This document shows, in pieces, positions 8,129-20,238 of a stretch of DNA of 64,000 bases (position 1 is the stretch's first letter; each line of letters opens with the position of its first letter). The notes under the pieces are model-generated. The model was not told where the DNA came from and made no database searches. It saw only the letters and a list, made by a program, of their open reading frames with translations. Both the position numbers and the translations under genes were made by a program. The stretch covers positions 1 to 64,000 of the forward strand of contig JAIBAO010000035.1 in the NCBI GenBank assembly GCA_019695155.1. The letters run 5' to 3'. Source of the stretch: Burkholderiaceae bacterium. Its GTDB lineage: Bacteria; Pseudomonadota; Gammaproteobacteria; Burkholderiales; Burkholderiaceae_C.

Positions 8129-9859
8129 TTAACTATTGTTAGATTTCTTTAGCTCAGCCTCACGCAATTCACGACGCAAAATTTTGCCTACATTGGTTTT
8201 AGGCAGCTCGTCGCGAAACTCGATATATTTTGGTTTTTTGTAGCCAGTGAGTTGCTCATCGCAAAACTTTTTGAGCTCTTCTACTGTCAGCTTCGGGTCC
8301 TTTTTGACTACAAAGGCTTTGACCGCTTCGCCTGTATGGGTATCTGGCACACCAATGACTGCACATTCAAGTACGCCCGGATGCATGGCAATGACCCCTT
8401 CTACTTCGTTGGGGTAAACATTAAATCCGCTGACCAGCACCATGTCTTTTTTACGATCCACAATGGTGATGTAGCCGCGTTCATCCATAATTCCAATATC
8501 TCCGGATTTAAAAAAACCATCCGAGGTCATCGCTTTAGCGGTTTCATCTGGGCGATTCCAGTAGCCCGCCATAATACTATGTCCGCGAATAGCAATTTCT
8601 CCCCGCTCCCCCAATGGGACGGGCTTTTCGGCATCGTCAAGAATCAGAATCTCCACTCCAGGCAGCGGCAAGCCTATGCTACCGGTGTAAGTATCACTAT
8701 CTGTAGGGTTACAGGTGACGCCAGAGCAGGACTCCGTCAGACCGTAGCCCTCCACAATCGGGCATCCGGTTACTTTTAACCATGTCTTGGCTACCGCTTC
8801 TTGTACTTGCATACCACCCCCATTACTGATACGCAAGCCGGAAAAATCTAATTTTTTAAACTCTTCATTATTGGCTAGCGCATTAAATAAGGTATTCACA
8901 GCAGGGAATATATTGAAACTACGCCCTTGCAAGGTTTTAACAAAGGCCGGAATATCTCTAGGGTTAGGAATAAGGATATTGAACCCCCCAGTACGCATTG
9001 CCAGTAACACACAACTGACTAATGAGAACACATGGTACATCGGTAGTGCGCACACAAAAGTAGGTTGTTCGATTTTGCCCTTTTTGTGTAATCCGGGTTG
9101 CATCCATGCTTCAGAGGACAATAGATTAGCTATCAAAGTTTTATGAAGCAGCATTGCCCCTTTGCTAATACCGGTTGTGCCACCGGTATATTGCAAAATG
9201 GCCACATCATTATGAGACAGTTGCGCCTTGATTAATTGATGGGAGTTTCCCTGATTCAAAGCGTTATTAAATTCAATAACACTCACTCCTTTGGGCAATT
9301 TATAGGCTGGCACCATTTTTTTTAGGTGTTTGACGACAAGATTAACTAAAGTGCCTTTCAAAGCGCCCAGCAAATCACCCATCTTTGCGATGACCACAGT
9401 TTTACACAGAGTCTTATCAATAACCGCAGCTAAAGTTGAGGCAAAGTTTTCTAAAATAATGATCGCTTTGGCACCACTATCATTAAGTTGATGCTCCAGT
9501 TCACGTGGGGTGTAAAGGGGATTGACATTCACCACAATAAAGCCAGCGCGCATAATCGCTGCCAATGCAAGGGGGTATTGCAATACATTAGGCATCATGA
9601 TGGCGATGCGGTCTCCTCGAACAAACCCTAGGCTCTGAAAGTAGGCCCCTAGCTGTTGGCTCATCTTATCTACCTCGGAAAAGCTTAAAATTTTGCCCAT
9701 ACATTCATAAGCGGGCCGGGAAGCAAACTTTGTAAAGGCTTCCTCCATTAAACCACCCACTGAACTGTACTGGGTGATATCCACGTTTTCAGGAACCCCC
9801 TGTGGATAGGATTTAAGCCAAAATTTTTCCATGAATGCTGTCTCCTTAGCCACAAGCAA
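8129..9859 (-). CDS. fadD: Long-chain-fatty-acid--CoA ligase
   Basis: A 576-aa protein with an AMP-binding signature (YTGGTTGISKGA) and the C-terminal ligase motifs. Confidence 0.9.
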   Translation of the reverse strand: MLVAKETAFMEKFWLKSYPQGVPENVDITQYSSVGGLMEEAFTKFASRPAYECMGKILSFSEVDKMSQQLGAYFQSLGFVRGDRIAIMMPNVLQYPLALAAIMRAGFIVVNVNPLYTPRELEHQLNDSGAKAIIILENFASTLAAVIDKTLCKTVVIAKMGDLLGALKGTLVNLVVKHLKKMVPAYKLPKGVSVIEFNNALNQGNSHQLIKAQLSHNDVAILQYTGGTTGISKGAMLLHKTLIANLLSSEAWMQPGLHKKGKIEQPTFVCALPMYHVFSLVSCVLLAMRTGGFNILIPNPRDIPAFVKTLQGRSFNIFPAVNTLFNALANNEEFKKLDFSGLRISNGGGMQVQEAVAKTWLKVTGCPIVEGYGLTESCSGVTCNPTDSDTYTGSIGLPLPGVEILILDDAEKPVPLGERGEIAIRGHSIMAGYWNRPDETAKAMTSDGFFKSGDIGIMDERGYITIVDRKKDMVLVSGFNVYPNEVEGVIAMHPGVLECAVIGVPDTHTGEAVKAFVVKKDPKLTVEELKKFCDEQLTGYKKPKYIEFRDELPKTNVGKILRRELREAELKKSNNS

Positions 9860-9932
9860 AAACGAAGTTGGTAAGAAATAATCTGCTTTAATTTTCTAAG
9901 CAGTTTCTATAGATGAGAACAGAAATTAATAC

Positions 9933-10008
9933 TGGCGCGCTCGGCTGGGATCGAACCAGCAACCCCTGCCTTCGGAGGGCAGTACTCTATCCATTGAGCT
10001 ACGAGCGC
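9933..10008 (-). tRNA. tRNA-Arg (CCG)
   Basis: The reverse complement is GCGCTCGTAGCTCAATGGATAGAGTACTGCCCTCCGAAGGCAGGGGTTGCTGGTTCGATCCCAGCCGAGCGCGCCA. It is a canonical cloverleaf with anticodon loop CTCCGAA and an encoded CCA. Confidence 0.9.
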
Positions 10009-10176
10009 ATTTTTAGTTTCGACACTAGACAGCTTATTACCTGTCTGTAACGATCTGATTTTGAAAATTGTAGATTATTTAGCGCGTTTGCAATTTTTTA
10101 TAGCTAACTTAAGCTGCGTTTTTAACAGTTTACGCTGTTTTTGCTAGAGTAGAATTTTGTAAGAGGCCCACAGACT

Positions 10177-11586
<1,410 letters not shown>

Positions 11587-11728
11587 CTAGCAATAAAGAC
11601 AGAAGTAAAACATAATTTTAATAGTGCTTCCCACATTTAAGGGATGTAGGAAGTTGACACCTTTGCTACACTCTTTGGCAGAAGCTGCGGTTTTTCTGCG
11701 GCATTAACAAAGCATTACATTCGAAACA

Positions 11729-12349
11729 ATGAGACTAATTGGATCTTTATCTAGCCCTTATGTGCGCAAAGTGCGCATTGTAATGGCAGAAAAAAAACTT
11801 GATTACAAACTTGAGCTGGAAGATGTCTGGGATAAAGACAGTACGATCAGCGCATCCAACCCTTTAGGCAAGGTGCCTTGCTTAATCATGGAAGATGCTG
11901 AAGCTATTTTTGATAGCCGTGTCATTACTGAATATCTGGATACGCTCACTCCGGTCGGTAAATTAATTCCTGCGTCTGGCCGCGAGCGTGTAGAGGTAAA
12001 AACCTGGGAAGCTTTAGCCGATGGCATTTGTGACGCCGCTATTTTGGCCAGACTAGAACAAACAGGAGCCTTCCGTAAAGATACCGAGCGCTGCCAGGCC
12101 TGGATAGAGAGGCAGCTAGAGAAAGTTAATACCAGTTTGACTGCGGCAGCAAAAGGCTTGGGCGAAAGACCTTGGTGTGCAGGTACCCAATACAGCCTGG
12201 CTGATATTAGTGTCGTTGTAGCGTTAGGGTATCTAGACTTCCGTTTTTCGCACATCCAGTGGCGCAATGCCCACCCTAATCTGGCCAGACTCTATGAAAA
12301 ACTTTGCTCTCGCCAAAGCTTTATAGATACCGCACCTGTAGCTGCTTAG
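11729..12349 (+). CDS. Glutathione S-transferase
   Basis: A 206-aa protein with an N-terminal thioredoxin-like GST domain (SPYVRKVRIVMAEKKLDY) and a C-terminal GST domain. Confidence 0.8.
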   Translation: MRLIGSLSSPYVRKVRIVMAEKKLDYKLELEDVWDKDSTISASNPLGKVPCLIMEDAEAIFDSRVITEYLDTLTPVGKLIPASGRERVEVKTWEALADGICDAAILARLEQTGAFRKDTERCQAWIERQLEKVNTSLTAAAKGLGERPWCAGTQYSLADISVVVALGYLDFRFSHIQWRNAHPNLARLYEKLCSRQSFIDTAPVAA

Positions 12350-12916
12350 TTGCTGACTAAGCGCAAATATATGCAAAACGATACTTTAGAGGTCTGGCTA
12401 GAAGAAGAAGCCACTGTTCGTAGACGTCTTGAGCAAGGAGTAGGCCCAGGTGTTGCCAGCCCCGAACAAATCAAGGGCCTCAATGGCTTGCAAATGATGC
12501 AAGCCATGTTACGGGGAGAACTGCCGTATGCTTCTATTGCAAAGACCCTGGACTTCTTATTGCTAGAAGTAGAGGAAGGTCGGGCAATATTTCAAGGTAC
12601 CCCGGGCTCAGCTCATCTTAATCCTATGGGGACGATCCACGGCGGGTGGTATGCCACCTTACTGGATTCAGCATTAGGCTGTGCAGTGCATACCTTGATG
12701 CCCCCGGGACGCAGTTATACAACCGCAGAGCTCGGAGTAAATTTAGTCCGTGGCATAGGAAAAAAAGCACAGCGGGTAAGGGCCGAAGGTACCGTCCTGC
12801 ATTGCGGCCGACAGCTTGCCACCGCCCAGGCACGACTATATGGCCCTGATGGTACGCTTTATGCCCATGCTACTACCACCTGTTTGATATTTGACGTAAA
12901 GCAGATCTCTGAATGA
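12350..12916 (+). CDS. PaaI/hotdog-fold thioesterase family protein
   Basis: A 188-aa protein whose segment HGGWYATLLDSALG...TAELGVNL is typical of hotdog thioesterases. A TTG start at 12350 and an ATG at 12371 are both possible. Confidence 0.6.
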   Translation: MLTKRKYMQNDTLEVWLEEEATVRRRLEQGVGPGVASPEQIKGLNGLQMMQAMLRGELPYASIAKTLDFLLLEVEEGRAIFQGTPGSAHLNPMGTIHGGWYATLLDSALGCAVHTLMPPGRSYTTAELGVNLVRGIGKKAQRVRAEGTVLHCGRQLATAQARLYGPDGTLYAHATTTCLIFDVKQISE

Positions 12917-13536
12917 AAGGCTCGGTAAGAAACCCCACGTTTTTGGCGATTTCCATTTGTATTTTACTACTGAGCTTTGTTAATCCTTCTGCCGCTCAGG
13001 TTTCTTTATTGCGATTACTTACAAAAACAGTCGCTAAGTCTGCAGACAATACTGCTAGCGCCGCAAGAACGGGATCCCGTGCCATATCCGCAGAAGAAAT
13101 ATCTAAAGCCTCAGGCTTAGGTAAAGCCGTGCCCGATAATATAGCGGCCTTGATGATTCATACGCCTGGAAAAACTCTGGCTGATGTAGAAGATATGGGC
13201 GTCAAAGCCTGGCTTACAAAGCCTACAGCTAGCTATGTAGCCAGCGATGCCCAAGGATTAATGCGTGATTATGAACTTTTACTACAGGGAAAACCCGCGC
13301 TAGGACCTCTAGGCTCAACAACCCTCACTTTTAAGCAAACCCTTAAAACATCTGAGAAAACCCAAGCGGCTGCGCAACATACTCTACCTTGGTATGCTCC
13401 TGAACTACTCATCCGTGCCGCTCATTTAGGGGATAAGTTTGCACAAAAAAAGCTGGAAGAACAGTGCAACAATCCGGCACAATTTAAAATACCAGGCGCT
13501 GTCTGCAAAAACACCATTAAGCACTTGAGGCAATAA
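12913..13536 (+). CDS. Secreted hypothetical protein
   Basis: A 207-aa protein with a clear signal peptide (FLAISICILLLSFVNPSAAQ). It is start/stop coupled (ATGA) with the upstream gene. Confidence 0.5.
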   Translation: MKGSVRNPTFLAISICILLLSFVNPSAAQVSLLRLLTKTVAKSADNTASAARTGSRAISAEEISKASGLGKAVPDNIAALMIHTPGKTLADVEDMGVKAWLTKPTASYVASDAQGLMRDYELLLQGKPALGPLGSTTLTFKQTLKTSEKTQAAAQHTLPWYAPELLIRAAHLGDKFAQKKLEEQCNNPAQFKIPGAVCKNTIKHLRQ

Positions 13537-13620
13537 ACTTCTAGGTAAGGGTTTTTGCCAGTCATACTGAATTAATACTGCTTACAAAAAATTTACCGTA
13601 ATTTTTACAGGAACATTAAA

Positions 13621-14367
13621 GTGATCACCCGACGTCAAAGTATTCTTGTCTTACCTTCTTTTGCTTTAGCCGGTTGCCTGGCAACCGCAGATAATTCAGG
13701 ACTTATCCGTGCAGCAAGCACGGCATCCAAAGCCTTATCATTAACTGATGATGAAGTGCGAGGCTACGCTGCTCAAATGGCTAAAAAAATGGATGCAGAA
13801 GCCAAAATTGCCCCTGTGAACAATAAGTATGCACAACGCTTGACTGCCTTAACCTCTGGCTTGCAAGAGGATAAAGGTCTGCGTTTGAACTACAAGGTCT
13901 ATCTAACACCGGAAGTTAATGCCTTTGCCATGGCCGATGGAACTATTCGCTTCTACAGTGGCTTGATGGACATGATGACAGATGACGAAATTCGCTATGT
14001 CCTCGGCCATGAAATTGGACATGTTCATTCAGGCCATACGAAAAAACGTATGCAAACTGCATTATCTGCCAGCGCCATACAAACAGCAGCCGCATCCTCT
14101 GGAAACGCGCAAGTAGCCACATTAGCAAACTCAGAGTTAGGGGATTTGATTGTCAAAGTCGTCAAGGCTCAGCATTCTCAAAGTAATGAAAATGAGGCAG
14201 ATGATTACGCGATGGAATTTCTCTCTCGGCGCAACTTTCAACGAAAGGCTGCTGTCACTGCGCTAGAAAAACTGGATAAGCTTTCCGGCGGTCGTGAGAG
14301 TAACTGGCTATCAACCCACCCTGCCCCCAAGGAACGTGCAGCTCGGATGAGCAGCAAATTAGTTTAA
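13621..14367 (+). CDS. M48 family metallopeptidase lipoprotein
   Basis: It has a GTG start with an AGGA Shine-Dalgarno sequence, a lipobox (LAGC), an HEIGHVHSGH zinc site (HExxH) and a downstream glutamate. Confidence 0.8.
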   Translation: MITRRQSILVLPSFALAGCLATADNSGLIRAASTASKALSLTDDEVRGYAAQMAKKMDAEAKIAPVNNKYAQRLTALTSGLQEDKGLRLNYKVYLTPEVNAFAMADGTIRFYSGLMDMMTDDEIRYVLGHEIGHVHSGHTKKRMQTALSASAIQTAAASSGNAQVATLANSELGDLIVKVVKAQHSQSNENEADDYAMEFLSRRNFQRKAAVTALEKLDKLSGGRESNWLSTHPAPKERAARMSSKLV

Positions 14368-14375
14368 CTACCCAA

Positions 14376-14416
14376 AGCTTTTCATAAAAAGCGCCTTGCT
14401 CTGAGCTAGAGCAAGG
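14376..14416. terminator. Bidirectional rho-independent terminator
   Basis: An AAAGCGCCTTGCTCTGAGCTAGAGCAAGGCGCTTT hairpin followed by TTTTGTTG. Confidence 0.7.
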
Positions 14417-14457
14417 CGCTTTTTGTTGTGGATATGCTAAATTAAAAGTCCACAACA

Positions 14458-14579
14458 GGGAACTTCTAATAACCATAGCGAGCGGCCCGCAGCGGATTTG
14501 AGGAGCGGATGCGTACGCAGGCTACGCTGAGCACCGCAAGAGCCGATCCGGCTTGCGCAGTAGGTTATTAGAATTTCCC
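14458..14579 (+). repeat. 122-bp MITE-like intergenic repeat with terminal inverted repeats, copy 1
   Basis: The terminal inverted repeats are GGGAACTTCTAATAACC at the left and GGTTATTAGAATTTCCC at the right (one mismatch between them). The GC-rich interior is over 95% identical to the second copy at 21469..21590. Confidence 0.85.
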
Positions 14580-14674
14580 AACAAATGAGCTCTATATTTT
14601 ATGCGGGCTTTCAGAGATTTTTGCCTCAAAACTCTTTAAAAATTAGAGGTTTGCTAAGCTTTAGCTCAAAGAAA

Positions 14675-15808
14675 ATGACTCACTCCCGCACGGAATTAGT
14701 AGACGCTTTACGAGTACTTGCCCTATTGGGAGTGTTTGTAGTCAATGTTGTTGCTTACCCAGAAGGACCGTGGGGGGGACCCGTTTCTCCTGCCAATCCA
14801 AGCAACTCCCCTACTGCAATGGTAGCCAGCGGGATAGTTGCCGCACTGTTTCAAAACAAAGCTTATCCTTTGCTAGCTTTCTTGTTCGGCTATAGCTTGG
14901 CCCTTTCTTTACGATCCCGGACAGATCAAAGCTTGGAAAAACGCCTACAACAGGCTCAGAGCCGACAAAACCATTTATTGCTACTGGGGTTAGCGCATGG
15001 CTTTCTCATTTATTTTGGAGACATCTTAACGGCGTATGCTTTGTCAGGATTGTTACTTCTTTCTATACATCGCTGGAAACTAAAGCGTTTAAAAAAGATC
15101 CTGATTCTTCCTGCGGCAGTTTGGCTGCTAACCATTCTATCGGGCTTGTTTGCACAAGATACTCCAACCTATTCCTTGCAGAACTACGCCCACACCACTG
15201 GATGGGGTGAACAGTTACTTCTTAACATGCAAGCTTACTTAGCGACTTTATTCGTTTTACCTTTTCATTTTTTGCCCGAAATTTTTGTACTAATGTGTAG
15301 CGGTGTTATTGCTGGCCGACTCAGGCTACTGGAGCGCCCTGCTCGGTATAAAAGAATATTTCATCAAGTCACTGTCTGGATGCTGCCTCCAGGTTTAGTG
15401 TTGAACTTTATTTATGGGGTAGCCACCGTCATGGTGCATAGGAAAAACCTCCCTTATCAATATGCTTTATATTCTGCTGCTACTCTTATCGGCCCTGTTT
15501 TAACAATTGGAATAGTCAGCTGGATTAGCGCTAATAGCACCACTCCTAAAAGTCTAGCAATGCGGCTAGTAAAAAAAATTGCACCCGCGGGGCGCAACAC
15601 ACTTTCAATGTATGTGGGTTTATCCGTGATAATGATGATTTTTTTATCTGGCGCAGGCTTAGCCTGGGCCAAAAAGGTCACTACTGATGAGTTGTTGTTA
15701 GCTGCTCTTGCCCTCTATAGTCTGGCTGCCCTTACCTCTTACGTCTTAGCCCGACATCATTTACGAGGACCGCTGGAAAGGTGGCTGCATCCATCCCGGA
15801 AAATCTGA
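14675..15808 (+). CDS. DUF418-like polytopic membrane protein
   Basis: A protein with more than 10 predicted TM segments. The N-terminal motif (LRVLALLGVFVVNV) is typical of the DUF418/YeiB-like family. The ATG at 14585 is an alternative start. Confidence 0.55.
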   Translation: MTHSRTELVDALRVLALLGVFVVNVVAYPEGPWGGPVSPANPSNSPTAMVASGIVAALFQNKAYPLLAFLFGYSLALSLRSRTDQSLEKRLQQAQSRQNHLLLLGLAHGFLIYFGDILTAYALSGLLLLSIHRWKLKRLKKILILPAAVWLLTILSGLFAQDTPTYSLQNYAHTTGWGEQLLLNMQAYLATLFVLPFHFLPEIFVLMCSGVIAGRLRLLERPARYKRIFHQVTVWMLPPGLVLNFIYGVATVMVHRKNLPYQYALYSAATLIGPVLTIGIVSWISANSTTPKSLAMRLVKKIAPAGRNTLSMYVGLSVIMMIFLSGAGLAWAKKVTTDELLLAALALYSLAALTSYVLARHHLRGPLERWLHPSRKI

Positions 15809-15852
15809 TTCGCCTAAAATTCTACTTTTGTTTTAGAAAAGATTTTTACCCT

Positions 15853-16662
15853 ATGCAGCTTGCTTTTGCACACGCCAACAGTTTTCCCGCAGAGAGCTAC
15901 CGCTCTTTGCTCACGCTGCTTAAGCAGCAGCATGAGCTCATTACTCCTGCACTATTAGCTCATCACAAAAATTATCCTGTTACCAACGGCTGGCCCCATC
16001 TGGTGGAAGAATATATAGCTTTTTTAGAAGCCCACTCTGATGCTACCCACCCACCTGCACGATGGTTAATCGGTCACAGCATGGGCGGTTTTTTAAGCCT
16101 GATGGTGGCACAAAAACGACCTGATCTTGCGCAAGGAGTAATTTTATTAGATGCCCCAATTATTGGGGGATGGAAAGCTAAAGTACTGCAACTCTCTAAA
16201 ATAACTGGCTTAGTCTGGCGTGTAGCGCCCGCTAAGTTTTCAAAAGTGCGGCGAGAAAAGTTTGAGTCTAGCGAGCAAGCTTTTTCACATTTTCGAGGCA
16301 AGAAAGTATTTGCTGGGTTCTCTGATACAGCCTTGCGTCACTATGTGGATGCGGGGACCACCCCCCACCCAGAAGGTGTAGCATTGGCTTTTAACCGGGA
16401 TACAGAAACAAAAGTATATGGGGGCCTACCCCATCATTTGGTAAGCATCACAAAAAAGCTTAAAGCTAAACGGCCTGATTTCCCTATTGGATTGATTGCT
16501 GGGCAGCAATCCGAAGAAATGCGCCTAGTAGGCCTGCATTACACTGAAAAATTTATACCCCAACATATGATCCGTTACGTCCCCGGGGGACATTTGTTTC
16601 CCCTGGAACAACCAGTAGTAACCGCAGAGGCTATTGATTCCCTGATAAAAGCCTTGAGCTAA
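15853..16662 (+). CDS. Alpha/beta-fold hydrolase
   Basis: It has the nucleophile elbow GHSMGG. The track ORF extends upstream to 15781; the ATG at 15853 (MQLAF...) is the more likely start. Confidence 0.7.
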   Translation: MQLAFAHANSFPAESYRSLLTLLKQQHELITPALLAHHKNYPVTNGWPHLVEEYIAFLEAHSDATHPPARWLIGHSMGGFLSLMVAQKRPDLAQGVILLDAPIIGGWKAKVLQLSKITGLVWRVAPAKFSKVRREKFESSEQAFSHFRGKKVFAGFSDTALRHYVDAGTTPHPEGVALAFNRDTETKVYGGLPHHLVSITKKLKAKRPDFPIGLIAGQQSEEMRLVGLHYTEKFIPQHMIRYVPGGHLFPLEQPVVTAEAIDSLIKALS

Positions 16663-16819
16663 GAAATCAGCATATCCAGCAAGTGGGGTAAAAACTCTAG
16701 CTTTAACCCTTATTTGACTTGCTAAATCCTTTGTGTCGTTGTTTCTTTACCCTGCATAGCGCACAACCCTTATGCTGAAGGTCAAAACATAAACGATTAG
16801 GAAAAAATAATCCCTGCAC

Positions 16820-17404
16820 TTAAAGTTTTGTTAAATGAAAAACCGCTAAAGAACCGCGCAAATTAGGCAAGAACTCTACACGGCTACCTTCATGCATTGC
16901 AACTCTGTCTTGCACCTCTAAGCCTTGTCTTCTAGCTAGGTCCGAAAAATCGTGTAAGGTAGCACAACGAATATTAGGGGTGTCATACCATTGAAAAGGT
17001 AAACTCTTGCTGACCGGCATACGACCTCGTAACAATTGCCAGCGGTGTTTCCAGTAACCAAAGTTTGGAAAACTTACGATGGCTTGGCGCCCTACACGCG
17101 CAATTTCGGCCAAAATAGCTTCTACATGGCGCATTTGCTGCAAGGTTTCTAGCTGCAAGACCACATCAAAAGCATTATCTTCAAACAAAGAAAGACCGCT
17201 TTCAAGATCTTGCTGAATGACATCGACCCCTCTTTGCAAAGTGGCCAACACTGCAGTGTCTTCTACGTCTACCCCTAATACTGAGCAGTCATTATTGTCC
17301 CGTAACCAGGCAAGCAGTTGACCATCGTTACAGCCCAAATCCAGAACTCTCGCTCCACGGGGTACCCATTTAGTCACATAAAGCTGATCTGCACGCAAAC
17401 TCAT
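16820..17404 (-). CDS. metW: Methionine biosynthesis protein MetW
   Basis: A 194-aa SAM-methyltransferase-like protein ([12 protein letters not shown]). It is coupled to metX upstream by an ATGA overlap. Confidence 0.85.
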   Translation of the reverse strand: MSLRADQLYVTKWVPRGARVLDLGCNDGQLLAWLRDNNDCSVLGVDVEDTAVLATLQRGVDVIQQDLESGLSLFEDNAFDVVLQLETLQQMRHVEAILAEIARVGRQAIVSFPNFGYWKHRWQLLRGRMPVSKSLPFQWYDTPNIRCATLHDFSDLARRQGLEVQDRVAMHEGSRVEFLPNLRGSLAVFHLTKL

Positions 17405-18546
17405 CCTAAGCCTTTGTGAATACTGAAAAATATTCTTTCAAAATAAGCGGCAATCTTGCTGTGATAGCGTGCATCATCCAGTAAAAAAGCATCGTGACCA
17501 TGAGGCGCATCAATTTCCGCATAACTTACTTTGCAGCGATTAGCTAACAAAGCCCGAACAATTTCGCGGCTACGCAGCGGAGAAAAACGCCAGTCTGTCG
17601 TAAAACTTAATACAAAAAAACTAGCCCGCGCAGGAGCAAGTGCCTGCGCTAAATTACCGCCTGTTGCGCTCGCGGGGTCAAAATAGTCCAAAGCTTTGGT
17701 AATGAGCAAATAAGTGTTTGCATCAAAATAATGGGAGAATTTTTCACCCTGGTAGCGCAGATAACTTTCTACTGCAAAATCAGGCTCAAAGTTAAAACCA
17801 AAACACCCATTTTTTAAATCCCGGCCAAATTTTTCGGCCATATCGTTATCCGACAGATAAGTAATATGCCCAATCATGCGGGCCACCCGTAAACCATTTT
17901 TGGGTAGCACCTTATATGCGTAATAATTTCCATCATGAAAATCCGGATCGGCCAAAATGGCCTGCCGTGCAGCATCGTTAAAAGCAATATTTTGTGCAGA
18001 GAGTTTCGGCGCAGAAGCGATCACAATACAATGGGCAAGCCGTTGCGGATACTGGATAGCCCAACTAAGAGCCTGCATCCCACCCAAAGACCCGCCCATT
18101 ACCGCTGCAAACTTTTCTATCCCAAAGCGATCAGCTAACCTTGCTTGCGCATTAACCCAATCTTCTACTGTCATCAGGGGAAAATTTTTACCCCAAGGCT
18201 GAGCAGTTTGCGGATTAAGGCAAGCAGGACCTGTAGAACCAAAACATGAGCCCAGGTTATTAACCCCGATTACAAAAAAGCGATTGGTATCCAGCGGCTT
18301 GCCTGGGCCCACCATATTGTCCCACCAGCCCATATTATGAGGCTCATCGGCATAATAGCCGGCTACATGATGAGAGGCATTAAGCGCGTGGCAAATCAGG
18401 ACAGCATTGGTTTTAGCCGCATTTAAGATCCCGTAAGTTTCAACTCTTAAACTGTAGCCGTTCAAGCTCGCACCACTTGCTAACTGCAGTGGTGTATCAA
18501 AATGCAAATCTACCGGTAATACTGCCCCAACTGAATTCATATGCAA
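17401..18546 (-). CDS. metX: Homoserine O-acyltransferase MetX
   Basis: A 381-aa alpha/beta hydrolase with the catalytic [10 protein letters not shown] motif and the conserved MetX N-terminus. Confidence 0.9.
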   Translation of the reverse strand: MHMNSVGAVLPVDLHFDTPLQLASGASLNGYSLRVETYGILNAAKTNAVLICHALNASHHVAGYYADEPHNMGWWDNMVGPGKPLDTNRFFVIGVNNLGSCFGSTGPACLNPQTAQPWGKNFPLMTVEDWVNAQARLADRFGIEKFAAVMGGSLGGMQALSWAIQYPQRLAHCIVIASAPKLSAQNIAFNDAARQAILADPDFHDGNYYAYKVLPKNGLRVARMIGHITYLSDNDMAEKFGRDLKNGCFGFNFEPDFAVESYLRYQGEKFSHYFDANTYLLITKALDYFDPASATGGNLAQALAPARASFFVLSFTTDWRFSPLRSREIVRALLANRCKVSYAEIDAPHGHDAFLLDDARYHSKIAAYFERIFFSIHKGLG

Positions 18547-19011
18547 GAAAATCCAAGCAACAGATCATTTAAGCAAGAGATGTGCCCTCACCGCTTCCGG
18601 TTTAGCCGTCTATTCATTAAGTTGCATCCCTAGATACCTCCCCATCCCCTACTCGCGCACGGTATGGCACGGGCATCTATTGTTACTTTTCGTTGGTAAT
18701 CGCTTAGCCTCAGCTGAACATCGCTTGAGAAGTGCTTTTACTCAACCGAACAAGCCTCAGAAAACACTCTAGATGTAGGTTTATTTGCAAAAATCTCGCG
18801 CAAGAACATTGTTGCAAGCGAATTTAAGTCATATGTTCTGGGGTAGTGTAACCCTTATTTTGACCAATCATAAAATTTACGCTATAGATACACCAGCATC
18901 TTACTTTGAACTGTCGATTGGGTAACATAGCGAATCTTCTTTTAAAATTAAACATATTTTCCCTAACCACTAAAACCGTTTGTATCGTCGGTTCAACCTA
19001 GAATTAAGCAA

Positions 19012-20238
19012 ATGAAAATAGTACAAACCTTAAGAGAGAGACTCTTTAATCAGGGACCTCCCGATATTGATGAGCTGTGGCGTACTTTTAATCGAAAATT
19101 AAATCAATTATTTCGAGGAGGGCAAGGTAACGGGAATATGGGTGGCAATGTCCCTGGGTCTCCAAAAGCAGCCGGTATTGGAATAGGCCTGGTAGCAGGT
19201 CTTTTAATTTTACTTTGGGCCGTGAGTGGTTTTTTTATTGTCCAGGAAGGACAAACCGCGGTTATTTTTCAGTTTGGGAAATATAAAACTAGCGCAAATG
19301 CAGGTATTCAATGGAGACTTCCTTACCCCATTCAATCGCATGAAATTGTCGATGTAGCACGAGTACGGAGAATTGAAGTCGGGACAAAAAACATGCCTAA
19401 TCCTCAACGCCTTCAAGAAGCCCTGATGCTGACCGATGATGAAAATATTGTTGATATTCAGTTTGAGGTGCAATACAGAATACGTCCTAATGGAGCTGCA
19501 GATTTTATTGTTAATAATCGCAGGTCCGAAGATGCTGTCAAACAGCTCGCGGAATCTGCCATGCGGGAAGTAGTAGGTCGCAAAACCATGGACTCAGTGT
19601 TGTATGAGTCGCGTTCTGAAATCGCCAGTGAGGTACAGAAATTGATTCAACGCGTTATTGATAATAACGACCCTGCTGCAAAGCTTAATTACAGATCAGG
19701 CATTGAAATTACAGCCGTAGCCATTCAAAACGCTCAACCTCCCGAACAAGTTCAAGGTGCTTTTGATGATGCCGTAAAGGCAGGCCAAGACAAAGAAAGA
19801 AAGATTAACGAAGGACAAGCCTACGCCAAGGACGTTACCCCCCGCGCAGAAGGTACCGCTGCCCGCTTATTGCAGGAAGCAGAGGCCTATCGAACACAGG
19901 TTATCGAGCGTGCAGAAGGTGAAGCGGCTCGCTTCCGTTTGGTAGTGGCTGAATACAATAAAGCTCCTGCTGTTACAAGAGAACGTATTTATCTCGATAC
20001 CATGCAAAGAATTTTTGAAAATACCTCTAAAGTGATGGTAGATAATAAGAATTCCAATAATTTACTGAATCTCCCCTTAGACAAACTGATTCAACAGGCG
20101 GTGGTTGAGGCTAATCACCCTGTGGTCGTCAGCCCTGCACCAACCCCAGCAAAACCTAGTGCAAATACCTTACCACGCAGTAATAACGCCGAAGATCGTA
20201 ATCGAGAAAATCTGCGTAACCGGGAGAGTCGCCCATGA
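19012..20238 (+). CDS. hflK: FtsH protease modulator HflK
   Basis: A 408-aa protein with an N-terminal TM segment and a band-7 domain. It is followed by an overlapping hflC. Confidence 0.9.
   Translation: MKIVQTLRERLFNQGPPDIDELWRTFNRKLNQLFRGGQGNGNMGGNVPGSPKAAGIGIGLVAGLLILLWAVSGFFIVQEGQTAVIFQFGKYKTSANAGIQWRLPYPIQSHEIVDVARVRRIEVGTKNMPNPQRLQEALMLTDDENIVDIQFEVQYRIRPNGAADFIVNNRRSEDAVKQLAESAMREVVGRKTMDSVLYESRSEIASEVQKLIQRVIDNNDPAAKLNYRSGIEITAVAIQNAQPPEQVQGAFDDAVKAGQDKERKINEGQAYAKDVTPRAEGTAARLLQEAEAYRTQVIERAEGEAARFRLVVAEYNKAPAVTRERIYLDTMQRIFENTSKVMVDNKNSNNLLNLPLDKLIQQAVVEANHPVVVSPAPTPAKPSANTLPRSNNAEDRNRENLRNRESRP

Noticed and set aside
8252-9146. Plus-strand ORFs of 175 and 119 aa inside fadD.
   Set aside because: They are antisense shadow ORFs within a well-supported CDS.
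18547-18760. A SAM-II riboswitch call upstream of metX.
   Set aside because: I could not identify the SAM-II pseudoknot consensus by eye. It is left as a low-confidence finding rather than a feature.
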